A model generated the notes under the pieces. That model saw only the letters and a list, made by a program, of their open reading frames with translations. It had not been told where the DNA came from and did not search any database. Below are positions 30,835-40,462 of a stretch of DNA of 64,000 nt, piece by piece. Made by a program: the position numbers and the translations under genes. The first letter of the stretch is position 1, and every line of letters begins with the position of its first letter. This DNA is from Saccharolobus solfataricus P2. GTDB taxonomy: Archaea > Thermoproteota > Thermoprotei_A > Sulfolobales > Sulfolobaceae. The stretch is from NCBI RefSeq assembly GCF_000007005.1, contig NC_002754.1. The stretch is one strand, 5' to 3'.

Positions 30835-31865
30835 AATATCACCGAGGAGTTCTCACCTATAATTAGCTTTTGCCATCTCCCACCTTTTTCAACAGTAGAG
30901 TTATTCCCTATTAAAGAGTCCATTAGTGTCACCCCCCTTATCTTAACGCCGTCAAGGATTACGCTGTATTCTATCTCACTGTCCGTTATTTCGCTCTGGT
31001 CACCAATAGAAGTGAAAGGACCTATATAGGAATTGATAATTTTAGTGTCCCTCCCTATGTAAGTTGGTCCCCTTACCACAGAGTTCTTTATTACAGCCCC
31101 CTTCTCAATTATCACTTTGCCGTCAACTGTAGAGTTGTCTACTACACCTTCAATCCTACTTTCAGCGTATCTGTCTAGTAGAAACGCGTTAGCCTCTAAG
31201 ATGTCCTTTGGAGTCCCAGTGTCCTTCCACCAACCCTGGATTATTTCATAATTTACTTCCCTACCTCTGTCTATTAACCCTTGTATTGCGTCAGTAATCT
31301 CGAGTTCACCTCTCCAGCTAGGCTTTAACGACTCAATAACGTCAAAGATCTCCCTTGTGAAACCGTAAACACCTACTAGGGCTAGGTCGGAAATCTGTTC
31401 TTTAGGCTTTTCGATGAGCTTTACGACCCTCCCGTCTTTTATTACAGCCACGCCAAACCTATTGGGATTATTAACTTTGGCTAGTAGGATTGAAGCTGAG
31501 CCTTTGAAAGAGGAGAACTTGCTAAGGTCATAAGGGACTAAGTTGTCCCCTAAGTAGACTAAGAACTTGTCCGAAACCACGTCCTTCACTTTATAAACCG
31601 CGTCAGCTAGTCCTCTAGCCTTACCTTGATAAACGTAGGTTATCCTAACCCCGAACTTGCTACCGTCTCCGTAATACTCCACGACACGTGTTGGCGCGTT
31701 GTCTCCAAGTACAATAATCACGTCCCTTATCCCTGCATCCCTGATCTGTTCTAAGACCCACTGTGAAACCGGCTTTCCTGCGACTTTTATCAACTGCTTT
31801 GGGCCAGTATGGGTTAACGGCCTGAGCCTTGTACCTTGCCCTCCATGTAGGATTACTGCCTCCAT
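30831..31865 (-). CDS. rmlA: Glucose-1-phosphate thymidylyltransferase (long form)
   Basis: GGQGTRLRPLTHTGPKQL, RGELEITD, WKDTG. Confidence 0.95.
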   Translation of the reverse strand: MEAVILHGGQGTRLRPLTHTGPKQLIKVAGKPVSQWVLEQIRDAGIRDVIIVLGDNAPTRVVEYYGDGSKFGVRITYVYQGKARGLADAVYKVKDVVSDKFLVYLGDNLVPYDLSKFSSFKGSASILLAKVNNPNRFGVAVIKDGRVVKLIEKPKEQISDLALVGVYGFTREIFDVIESLKPSWRGELEITDAIQGLIDRGREVNYEIIQGWWKDTGTPKDILEANAFLLDRYAESRIEGVVDNSTVDGKVIIEKGAVIKNSVVRGPTYIGRDTKIINSYIGPFTSIGDQSEITDSEIEYSVILDGVKIRGVTLMDSLIGNNSTVEKGGRWQKLIIGENSSVIL

Positions 31866-31866
31866 C

Positions 31867-32690
31867 TCACAACACCATACCTTCTAGGTCTAAACTGTAA
31901 AAATCGACGGATAAGATTTTCTTAGCTTTTGAGTAGTCCAAAGAGGAGTCAAAGGGCCTCCTAGCTGTCCATCCTTTAACCTCATCTACTTCCTTCACTT
32001 CTCCTGGCAAATTGAACTTTTCCTTAATCTTTAGAGCCAGCTCGTAACGCGATATTCTCTCTCCTGCAACATTTAGTAAACCAGTTTTCCTAAGGGCCAG
32101 TAACTCTTCTATTGCTGATGCTAGTTTCCTCGCTGAAATGGGCGAGTAATAACCTTTATACGCGAAGACTGTCTTCCCTTCCTTTAACGTTTTGTACACA
32201 TATACTGGAAACCCCTTGTGTCTGAATACCCCAGAAGTCCTTATAACGAGGCTGTCGTCGTATGATAAGGCAAAGGTCTCTCCTAATAACTTTGTCAGCC
32301 CATAGTAGTTTATTGGATTTGGTAAGTCATCCTCTTTGTAATTCCCCTTCGTGCCGTCAAAAACGTAGTCCGTACTCACGTGAATAAAGTAAGCTTCCAC
32401 TACCCTACTAGCTCTTACCATGTGTTTTACTGCTTCGGCATTTATTTTATAAGCCTTTTCTCTTTCTACCTCGCACTTGTCTACGTCAGTCATAGCTGCA
32501 GTGTTTATTATAACATCAGGCCTAGTCTTAATTATGAAATCCTCCAAACGGGAAAATCGGTTATGTCCATTTTATGACTGTCAGGAATTTCAGACGAGTT
32601 ATACACCTTGATCACTTGGTATTTTTTAGAAAGTAACTTATTTAATTCAATGCCTAACTGGCCAGAGGCTCCAATTAGTAGTACTCGCAT
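31867..32690 (-). pseudogene. rmlD: dTDP-4-dehydrorhamnose reductase with a -1 frameshift
   Basis: MRVLLIGASGQLG starts at 32690, out of frame with the body (STDYVFDG, YGLTK); one base missing at 32550-32552. Confidence 0.85.
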
Positions 32691-32738
32691 TGTACTTATT
32701 ATTCCAATAGAAATTATAAATCTTTTTCAACAAGTGGT

Positions 32739-33269
32739 CTAAGAAAACACTTCTGCCTTATCAAGTGGGGGGCACTGTTTGTCCTTATCGCTGACTATGA
32801 TTTCTTTAATCGGCCATTCGATATATGAGTAGTTTATGCACCTCTCGTGTTGAGGCGAGTAGTCGTTATGGGTTACGAAGTAAACGACTAGTGAATCATC
32901 TAGAGCTTGAAAACCGTGGGCAAAGCCTGGGGGAATCCACAACATGTGGTGGTTAGACTCACTTAATTCCGCACTTGTGTACTTTCCAAAAGTTGGTGAA
33001 GACTTTCTGACATCTACTGCAACATCTAATATTTTCCCTTTAGGTACGAATACTAGTTTTCCTTGTTCCTTTGGCGTTATCTGATAATGCAATCCCCTCA
33101 CTACTCCTCTAACTGAGAAGGACATGTTAACTTGAACTGGCATAGGAATGTTGTGTTTGCTGAAGTCAGTAGCCTTAAACAGCTCAAGGAAGAAACCCCT
33201 TTTGTCAGGGAAGACCTTAGGTTTAATTAACAGAACTCCCATACCTAGGTCTTCAAAGTCAAAAGGCAT
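32739..33269 (-). CDS. rmlC: dTDP-4-dehydrorhamnose 3,5-epimerase
   Basis: DKRGFF, VRGLHYQ, AVDVRKSSPTFG, WIPPGFAHGF. Confidence 0.95.
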   Translation of the reverse strand: MPFDFEDLGMGVLLIKPKVFPDKRGFFLELFKATDFSKHNIPMPVQVNMSFSVRGVVRGLHYQITPKEQGKLVFVPKGKILDVAVDVRKSSPTFGKYTSAELSESNHHMLWIPPGFAHGFQALDDSLVVYFVTHNDYSPQHERCINYSYIEWPIKEIIVSDKDKQCPPLDKAEVFS

Positions 33270-33733
33270 GGTTTAAAATTGTATCTTCAGTATAATAAAA
33301 TGTTTTAGTTCGGATAGCGAGAGCTATGATCTTAATATATGCAGTAATGTATGTGGAATCCTCCTTGTATAGGCATTCGTTATTTTCTTCTTTTACTCAT
33401 AATCTCTTCTCTCTCCTATGGCAAGCCCATGTGTACAAACCCTCGTCAGTAACTTTGTAGAACCTATTGTCATAAGTAAAAATGTAAGGATTTGAAACGA
33501 AGTCAATTCTGCTTGAAAATCCCATAAAATACAGCTGTTTTATAAGTCTCGTGTCTTAAGTGGAAGTGCCCTACTGAGTTCCTACCCGCCTTGGAATGGC
33601 AAGTCCTTCGTTTTGTTAAACCAAACACTTCACGGTGAGGATTGGAGTTTTTAGCGTTAAATACAGCTGTTTTGCATTCACCTTTCCTTAGAATCTTTTT
33701 AACCTTTTGTCTTGCTTTATCTACCGAATAAAA

Positions 33734-34276
33734 ATGAAAATGACAACCACAAAAGGAAGGTTTAATGAAAAATCAATCGAAAGTCTATCAATGGGTATAG
33801 GTATAATATCCGTTGTAGTTCTATTAACAACAGGCGGTTCAATTAGCATAGCATCCATGGTATTGCTATCAACGGCAATCATTTTCCCAATATCATTTCT
33901 TTTAATAACTAAAAGAAACATAAACAGACTTGTGATAAGGCTAACAAGACCTATAATAAATGCAAGTGGGTTTGACGATAAAAAGTTAGAAATTGGTAAT
34001 GTATTATTATTACTGCTAGTAGGACTGCTAGTAATAATCTATATCATCGTAAAATGTATCCCCAAAGCTTTTGAAGAATACATATCTACAGTATCGCCAT
34101 CAAACCCTCTATATAACTCCATTATGACCATTATGACTATCTATAAGCCATGGCAAGGTCTAGGTAGTTTATTCAGCAGTCCCATCGGTTTAATCATAAT
34201 AATCTTAATAGTAGTCATGATAGCAGTGATAATTGCCCTAAAGAAAAGAAGTTTCTCCAGTTATGCAGGCACATAA
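33734..34276 (+). CDS. Multi-TM hypothetical protein with virus/plasmid-like character
   Basis: Four hydrophobic segments; ATG at 33734 (ORF track extends to a TTG at 33707). Confidence 0.55.
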   Translation: MKMTTTKGRFNEKSIESLSMGIGIISVVVLLTTGGSISIASMVLLSTAIIFPISFLLITKRNINRLVIRLTRPIINASGFDDKKLEIGNVLLLLLVGLLVIIYIIVKCIPKAFEEYISTVSPSNPLYNSIMTIMTIYKPWQGLGSLFSSPIGLIIIILIVVMIAVIIALKKRSFSSYAGT

Positions 34277-34429
34277 AAAGCTAAGCTTACAAGCTAATAT
34301 ATTTTTTTGAAATTCTCTTTTCTTCTCATCTTGCCTTCCTTTATTAACAAGAGCATTGAACAATTTATAAATGAACGGAAAACTTCGCCATTCACGGTAT
34401 AACCAAAAACTTTTTACAAAAAATACTGA

Positions 34430-34961
34430 ACGAGATTAGTATGGAGATTAGGTCTTCTATTAGTTCTTGTTCTGGTGTTTTTTCTTACTACGAGTTCGCA
34501 GTTGTATGCTTTGGATACTCGAGACCAAACCTGACTAGTCTGTCTGGGTATGTTATGACTACTTTTGATACTTCATTGTCGAGTATCATTCCTAGTAGTT
34601 TGAGGAATCTTTTCTCTTCATGTTTAATCCAAAATGGTGATGACTTGGTCGTAATCTTTGACGTTCTCCTCGAGTACTTTACTTGGTTTATCAGGTCGTC
34701 TTTGTTTGATGATACTCTGGCGTATAGTATTACTTTCCTCTTCCTGATAATTCCCATTAATCTTTCTACGTCTTCTTCTTTGAATCTCAACTTTCCGGTC
34801 GGTAGTACTATTGGCTTAATGTATCCTTTCTTTACGTAACTCTGTAGTGTGCGGTAGGATATTCCTAGTTTTTAGCATACTTCCTTAGGTTTAAGCATTG
34901 TAATTAAATGATCATGTAAAGTATATAATCTTCACGGTTTGTCGAAACTGTTATCAACGGC
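34430..34961 (-). pseudogene. tnpA: IS607 left end plus TnpA serine-recombinase pseudogene
   Basis: MLKPKEVC*KLGISYRTL...VILYARVSS...ITYPDRLVRFG...PEQELIEDL. Confidence 0.85.
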
Positions 34962-35063
34962 TTTATATTGAAAAGTCTGAAATTAACTAATTTTCTCTGC
35001 TTATAATCTGACTATTAATCACTATCAAAAGCTTTAATATTTTTTCTCAAAGAACTAAATTGG

Positions 35064-36473
35064 ATGAATCCTATAAAGAACGCGTTGAAGAGCCTCAGCG
35101 TAATCACCACTAATGTCCTAATCGCCTTAATCTTCTTCATAGTCACTGCAAAAATTTCTAATCCAGCGTTCTTTGGGAAAGTTGCAATAATTCAACTTCT
35201 TGAAGTAGTTACTTTTACGTTCTTTTACTTTATCCCGGGACAAATAATAACAAGGGAAATATCTTACCTTTACGCAAAGAAGGAGGTAAATAAAGGGGTT
35301 GTGGGAAAGTTCCTCTCATTCCCTTTCCTCGCTATACCAGTTTTTCTAATCTTCCTACTTTTCCCAAATTACGTTAAGTTAGCGATCCCTTATCTCTTTC
35401 TCTACCTTCTGAATAATGTCCTAGTTGCTATAATGATAGGGATGGACATGTTTACTGAGACAGCAATAACTGGGAACCTTTTTCTAATCATAAGATGGGG
35501 GATTTCAATTATCGCCGTCCTCTCTCACAATATTTACTTATTCGTAGAAATATGGATTTTGGGAGGAGTACTCTCAGTCCTCCTTAACTACTCTTTTCTG
35601 TCTAGAAAAGTGGGGCTAGTCTTACCTTCTCTAGACTTTGCATTTCTGTTTAAGCACTTCAAGGAAGGCTTACCTCTCTACTTGTCTTCTTCAGCTAATT
35701 TCCTCTCATCGCAAGGGGACAGAGTTACAACAGCCTATTTGTTAGGCTCTTACTATCTAGGTTTATACCAATTTTCTGCATTAGTAGCTGGGGTTCCTGC
35801 AATGGTTTTAGGGGCGTTGAACAACGTTCTTTTACCTACTGCCTCATTCTATAAGGCTTTAGGTAGTGACGAAAAGAAGATGTCTTCAATTTCTTTTCGC
35901 GTATTGGCTTTAATCTCCTTTCTGTCAGTAATTATTTCAATACCTATTGCTATCCTGGTCGTGGAAAGGTTTTTCCCAGACTACACTGAGGGTATAAGAG
36001 TTTTGATCCTACTACTTTTAGCTACAACCCTACCTTTTCCTATAAACTCTCTAACGAACTTCATAATAGCTGCTAAGAAGTCTTTAAGGCCCTTTTTATT
36101 CCTTTCGCTGCTTAATGCTGGTGTAGTCTTACTGACTTCCTTCCTTCTAATTCCAAGAATTGGAATAATGGGGGGAGCAATTTCCCAAGTAATAGTCACC
36201 GTTATCTCCTCTTCTTTTATCCTTGTGTACGCTTTAAGGACTTCAACATTTATTTTGGGCAAAAGGGAGGGCATATTACTGACTGCAATGCCTTTAATAG
36301 CTCTTTATGAAGTTTTCGTAGATCCTCCATATCTCGACCTCCTTTTGCTTCTCTCGGTTATTGTTCTTTTTAAGTTATTTAAGATAATTTCTACTGAAGA
36401 GGTGAGATTAATAGAGTCTTTTTTACCTTCTAAGCTAAAATTCATAGCCTCGCTATTAAAGGTAATTAGTTGA
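35064..36473 (+). CDS. Oligosaccharide flippase (Wzx/MOP family)
   Basis: About 12-14 TMs; SQGDRVTTAYLLG...LGLYQ motif. Confidence 0.85.
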   Translation: MNPIKNALKSLSVITTNVLIALIFFIVTAKISNPAFFGKVAIIQLLEVVTFTFFYFIPGQIITREISYLYAKKEVNKGVVGKFLSFPFLAIPVFLIFLLFPNYVKLAIPYLFLYLLNNVLVAIMIGMDMFTETAITGNLFLIIRWGISIIAVLSHNIYLFVEIWILGGVLSVLLNYSFLSRKVGLVLPSLDFAFLFKHFKEGLPLYLSSSANFLSSQGDRVTTAYLLGSYYLGLYQFSALVAGVPAMVLGALNNVLLPTASFYKALGSDEKKMSSISFRVLALISFLSVIISIPIAILVVERFFPDYTEGIRVLILLLLATTLPFPINSLTNFIIAAKKSLRPFLFLSLLNAGVVLLTSFLLIPRIGIMGGAISQVIVTVISSSFILVYALRTSTFILGKREGILLTAMPLIALYEVFVDPPYLDLLLLLSVIVLFKLFKIISTEEVRLIESFLPSKLKFIASLLKVIS

Positions 36474-36610
36474 GTGAGGGGAGAGAAAGTTAATAAGTAA
36501 CTGATAGTCGATTAAGGTGAGAATTTTATGCAGCGAGTTTTTCCGTCCACAGCCTGATAATATTTATTAAAAGGCGAAAATAAGTATTTTAAAGGAGAGA
36601 GGCCGTCTTC

Positions 36611-37330
36611 ATGATTTTCACATATGGCAAGACTAAGCTGAAAGTCCCGGAGGGTTACGAATACGTTTATTACGCTACTTTCATAGCCGCTGAATGGGAC
36701 TTCTTGAAAGTTAAGGACATGGACACTGTGCTTGATGCGGGCGCATTTATTGGGGATTTCACCGTAAAGGTGGCTAGGAAGGCTAAGGAAGTAGTTGCCG
36801 TTGAACCTTTACCTTGGGCTTTCAAACTGTTGAAGGAAAACGTGGAGATAAACAATTTAAAGAACGTTGTTTTGGTGAACAAAGCTTTATATGATGTTGA
36901 CGGTGTTAAACTAAAGATTGTCGATGAGGGGACTGGCTCGAGGATTGGAGAAAGCGGGGTCGAGGTCGATAGTGTTAGTGTGAACTCTTTAGGCAAGTTC
37001 TCAGTAGTGAAGATGGACATCGAAGGAGCTGAGGGGAGGGTGATGAAAAGCGGGGAGTGGTTAGACTACGTTAAGCAAATAGCTGTTGAACTCCACGGTA
37101 GAGAAAACATAGAGATTATACCACACTTGTTGAGGAAGAGGAGTTTTGTGATCAGGTTCATGACAAGGGGTGATTTGGTTAGAAACACTGTAAGGAACGC
37201 GTTACTCCACCCCATTTCGTTTATAAAGGCTGAGGCTAGGACTAAAGTGGTCTTGAACTACTTTAAGAGGAAGTACTACGTACCGGCTCTGAGCGGGGAT
37301 GAGTATAAGATCGTTTACGGTAGGAGATGA
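36611..37330 (+). CDS. FkbM-family methyltransferase
   Basis: VLDAGAFIGD, AVEPLP, KMDIEGAE. Confidence 0.9.
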   Translation: MIFTYGKTKLKVPEGYEYVYYATFIAAEWDFLKVKDMDTVLDAGAFIGDFTVKVARKAKEVVAVEPLPWAFKLLKENVEINNLKNVVLVNKALYDVDGVKLKIVDEGTGSRIGESGVEVDSVSVNSLGKFSVVKMDIEGAEGRVMKSGEWLDYVKQIAVELHGRENIEIIPHLLRKRSFVIRFMTRGDLVRNTVRNALLHPISFIKAEARTKVVLNYFKRKYYVPALSGDEYKIVYGRR

Positions 37331-37589
37331 AGGGGAAGAGAGACTAAGAAACTGATTTACGTTTAACACGTTTTTCTATCAACTGTAGAGTAGTAATAGT
37401 GTTTACTCGTGACGTAACTTTTCCTTACTTCTAATTCAGCCACTGGCTTAAGGGATCATACCCCTCGAGGAAAACACCTATATAAATGTATTCAAAACTG
37501 TATTTAAAAAACGAGTAGTTACGTGAAAGAGTTACAGTCTAAGAATTAACACGAGCTGATATTAGTAATCTTTAAAAATGAAGAAGAGG

Positions 37590-37690
37590 ATGGCTGTTAT
37601 TTTCACTTACTGCAAAACTCAAAATCCAGGCAATTACGAATACGTTTTTATTTTAATAGCCGATTAATGGGACTTCTGAGAGTTAAGAGC
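37590..37690 (+). pseudogene. Degenerate duplicate of the 5' end of the FkbM gene at 36611
   Basis: TTTTCACTTAC...TACGAATACGT...GGGACTTC parallels 36615-36720. Confidence 0.45.
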
Positions 37691-37871
37691 TCTAGCATTT
37701 CCAGAAAGTTCTTAGACTAGGATTTAATGGTGAGTCATTAGCTGAAAGCTATTAACTTTAGTGTCTGCCTTAATTAGGAATACAAGACGGAAAGAGATAA
37801 AGGCGAAAGTAAGATGATTAGTAATATGAAGGAAGTAAATTAATATATTAATAACTTACTTCTTACTTAGT

Positions 37872-38172
37872 GGGTTTGGGCTTCATTGAATTTTCATGAA
37901 TTTGTATCTAATTCTCAGCCCTTGGGCTTCACCAGAGTCAAGGGCAGACCCGTTCATACCCCTTAGCGGGATAACCCCAACCCACAGCCTTGAGGATGTG
38001 GGGAAACCCGCACATCTTGAGGTCTAGTGCGAACCCACACCTAAAAGTCCTACCAACCTTTCGGGAAACATCTGGGGCAGGACCTAGATGTGAGGTGTGT
38101 GTTCACTTCACAATTAAATGTACACGCAAAGTATTTAAACTTCACGGTTTGTCTGAAACTGTTGACAACGGC
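37872..38172 (-). mobile_element. About 300-bp non-autonomous IS607 derivative (left end, tnpB 3' end/omegaRNA region, right end)
   Basis: Left end matches 34915-34961; internal frames give SRSCPRC, KMCGFPH and GEAQGLRI typical of IS607 TnpB C-termini. Confidence 0.7.
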
Positions 38173-38224
38173 TTACCTCTATTTACTATTTAGTTACTTT
38201 TTGCTAATCGTCAATGGTGAACTT

Positions 38225-38420
38225 AGGGGTCGGATTATCATTTAGGTTTCATAATTTAACTTCTAGTCCCCATTCTCCCTGTCCTGCCCCACGCCTAGGT
38301 TAGGGAGCCAACCACGACATGATAAGCCTTCATTGAACTTATACTCCCCCTCACATTGCTCATAGAGTTCATTGTAGAACTCTCTTCTACATTGCAATGT
38401 GTGACTACGAAATTTATAAA
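38225..38420 (-). pseudogene. Second IS607-type right-end remnant
   Basis: AAATTATGAAACCTAAATGATAATCCGACCCCT (minus strand) matches 11290-11336. Confidence 0.45.
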
Positions 38421-38548
38421 CTTCCTTAATAGCGTTGATAACATCGGATCTTATGTTGATCTATGAATAAGTTTCAAATAATCTAAATTGTTGAACACAC
38501 TCATGAAATCGAGAAACTTTAAATTAATGTAATTAGTTAGACTTATCT

Positions 38549-39523
38549 ATGAGATTACTATTGTTACTATTAATGTTGACAATTACCTTACTTTCATCAG
38601 TAAGTTCGTTCACTGCCTCAGTTTCTGTGCAATATCCAAAGGAGGTAATATTAGGTAGTAAAATTTCCATAAACTTCTCGTTAACTCAGCAGGAGATAAA
38701 TAGCACCGCCTTCCCTTTCATAACTGCAGGGGTAAGAGAGATAAGCGAAGAACCACTAATACTTGAGGGGGCGGGGATAGCAGGATCATTCGCAGTATTT
38801 AAAATAAACAACTCCTCACAAGTTGTGGTAATTACGTTTATAGGTAAAGATAATACATCTCCAGGGTGGAATCCTGGCATAGTAGTTTATGGAGGGAATT
38901 TTAATCCTCACGTATCAGATTTATCGCAGGGAGACTTTACCGCAGTCTTAATTACCTTCACTGGTAGACTTTGGGTTCACACTCCTTCTAAGGGTTGGTT
39001 TACTCTTTCTTGTTCTCTCCCTAGCATAGCTCCTCAAAGGGACGGTTGGATTAACGCTACTAAGCCTTTCAATTACACTGCAATCTTGGAAGACGTTAAC
39101 GGTTCGATTTTTGTTAATTATGTAATCCTTAACGGCGAAAAATACATTGTTGACTATCAAACTCCTATTCCTTGGAATTTCACTTACGTGGGAGTTAGAA
39201 TTGACCCCTCTACGGTAACTGTATGCGGTTTTTATGTAACAATTCCTTCTCCTCATCAACCTTACGTAGTTTACGTTAACGGCAAGGAATACACTAAGGG
39301 GTATACAAATAGCCTGGGTGAAGGTTCAGTTTCACTTACTATATCTTCTCCTTCCATGGTCGTTAACATAAGTTTCCCTTCAGCCCACGTCTTTCGTGTT
39401 ATAACAATTTCTGCTCAAAGAGACGCCAATATACACGTTGAATACCCAATCCTTCAGTATGCACTTTTAGGTGTTTCTGTAGTTTTGGTTGCTATCTCGA
39501 TAATTTGGAGGAAGAGACTATAA
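38549..39523 (+). CDS. Secreted, C-terminally anchored surface protein
   Basis: Signal peptide, beta-rich body with several NxS/T sequons, C-terminal TM followed by RKRL. Confidence 0.75.
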   Translation: MRLLLLLLMLTITLLSSVSSFTASVSVQYPKEVILGSKISINFSLTQQEINSTAFPFITAGVREISEEPLILEGAGIAGSFAVFKINNSSQVVVITFIGKDNTSPGWNPGIVVYGGNFNPHVSDLSQGDFTAVLITFTGRLWVHTPSKGWFTLSCSLPSIAPQRDGWINATKPFNYTAILEDVNGSIFVNYVILNGEKYIVDYQTPIPWNFTYVGVRIDPSTVTVCGFYVTIPSPHQPYVVYVNGKEYTKGYTNSLGEGSVSLTISSPSMVVNISFPSAHVFRVITISAQRDANIHVEYPILQYALLGVSVVLVAISIIWRKRL

Positions 39524-39529
39524 CGTTTT

Positions 39530-39690
39530 CACATAACTTTTGATAACTGTGGAGAGGTACTTAACACCTAGCGAAGTTGCTGAAATATTCAACTGTTAAT
39601 TCAGAGAAGTTAAAATCAAGGCTGTGGAGATTAACGGTAGGTGGAAGATTCCATACAGCGAAGAGGTTGCTAAGCGGAGGTGGTAAAATA
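39530..39690 (+). pseudogene. IS607 TnpA N-terminal remnant
   Basis: VERYLTPSEVAEIF...IKAVEINGRWKIPYSE MerR-like HTH. Confidence 0.65.
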
Positions 39691-40462
39691 GTAATTATAA
39701 CAGTCTTTTTAGTGATCCTATTTTCTTTTTAGGAGTAGAATATTCGATGCGAACATTCCTTATGTAATGTAGAAATATATGAAAAATTTTTATTAGATAG
39801 AATAATTTCTTTATTTCACTCAATAAGTCTTAGGTGTAGAAATAGAATTCTTAAGTTTATTGTATAGATCCTAAATTGATGGGGATTAAAAAAGTTCGAG
39901 ATTCGGTTTTCTGAAGGAAAATGGGCTTGAATATGAGCATTTCAGAACTCTTCAATTTCAACTAATTCAATGCTCTTAATTCTGTTGATTCCTGCTTAAC
40001 AATGTAATTACTGGAAGACACAAAATCATCTATAATACGTTACATATGGAAAATTATTTGCGAATAAATCACTTTTCATAAGGTTTTTATTCATTCAGAT
40101 GACACAGAATAAAAAACCTAGCTAGGAGTATTAAAATATTTCAAGATAATAGTTATGGGTCCTTACTTTCACAAGATGGCGATTTCAACAATGTTTAACT
40201 AATATAGTAATTAATAATGAATAACTATACTTCTAAGGAAGACAAAAATATTATAAGTTGATTGTGAGAAGCACAATGTTATTAGCCTATTGAACACGAC
40301 AACGCTGTAGCTATTATGGACGGAATTGCGGAAATATATTTGAAGATAGTTTATATACAGTAGGCTGTGTTTAAGATATCTTGGGAGGATTGGTAAAGGC
40401 GAGGTATATAGGATCCTAAGTAAAGCACAAGTAAATATTTATCCATCTATATCTGACAAATA

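Noticed and set aside
34441-34839. 132-aa plus-strand ORF
   Set aside because: Antisense to the IS607 tnpA pseudogene.
39700-40460. AT-rich stretch, possible decayed gene
   Set aside because: No coherent frame or recognisable motif.
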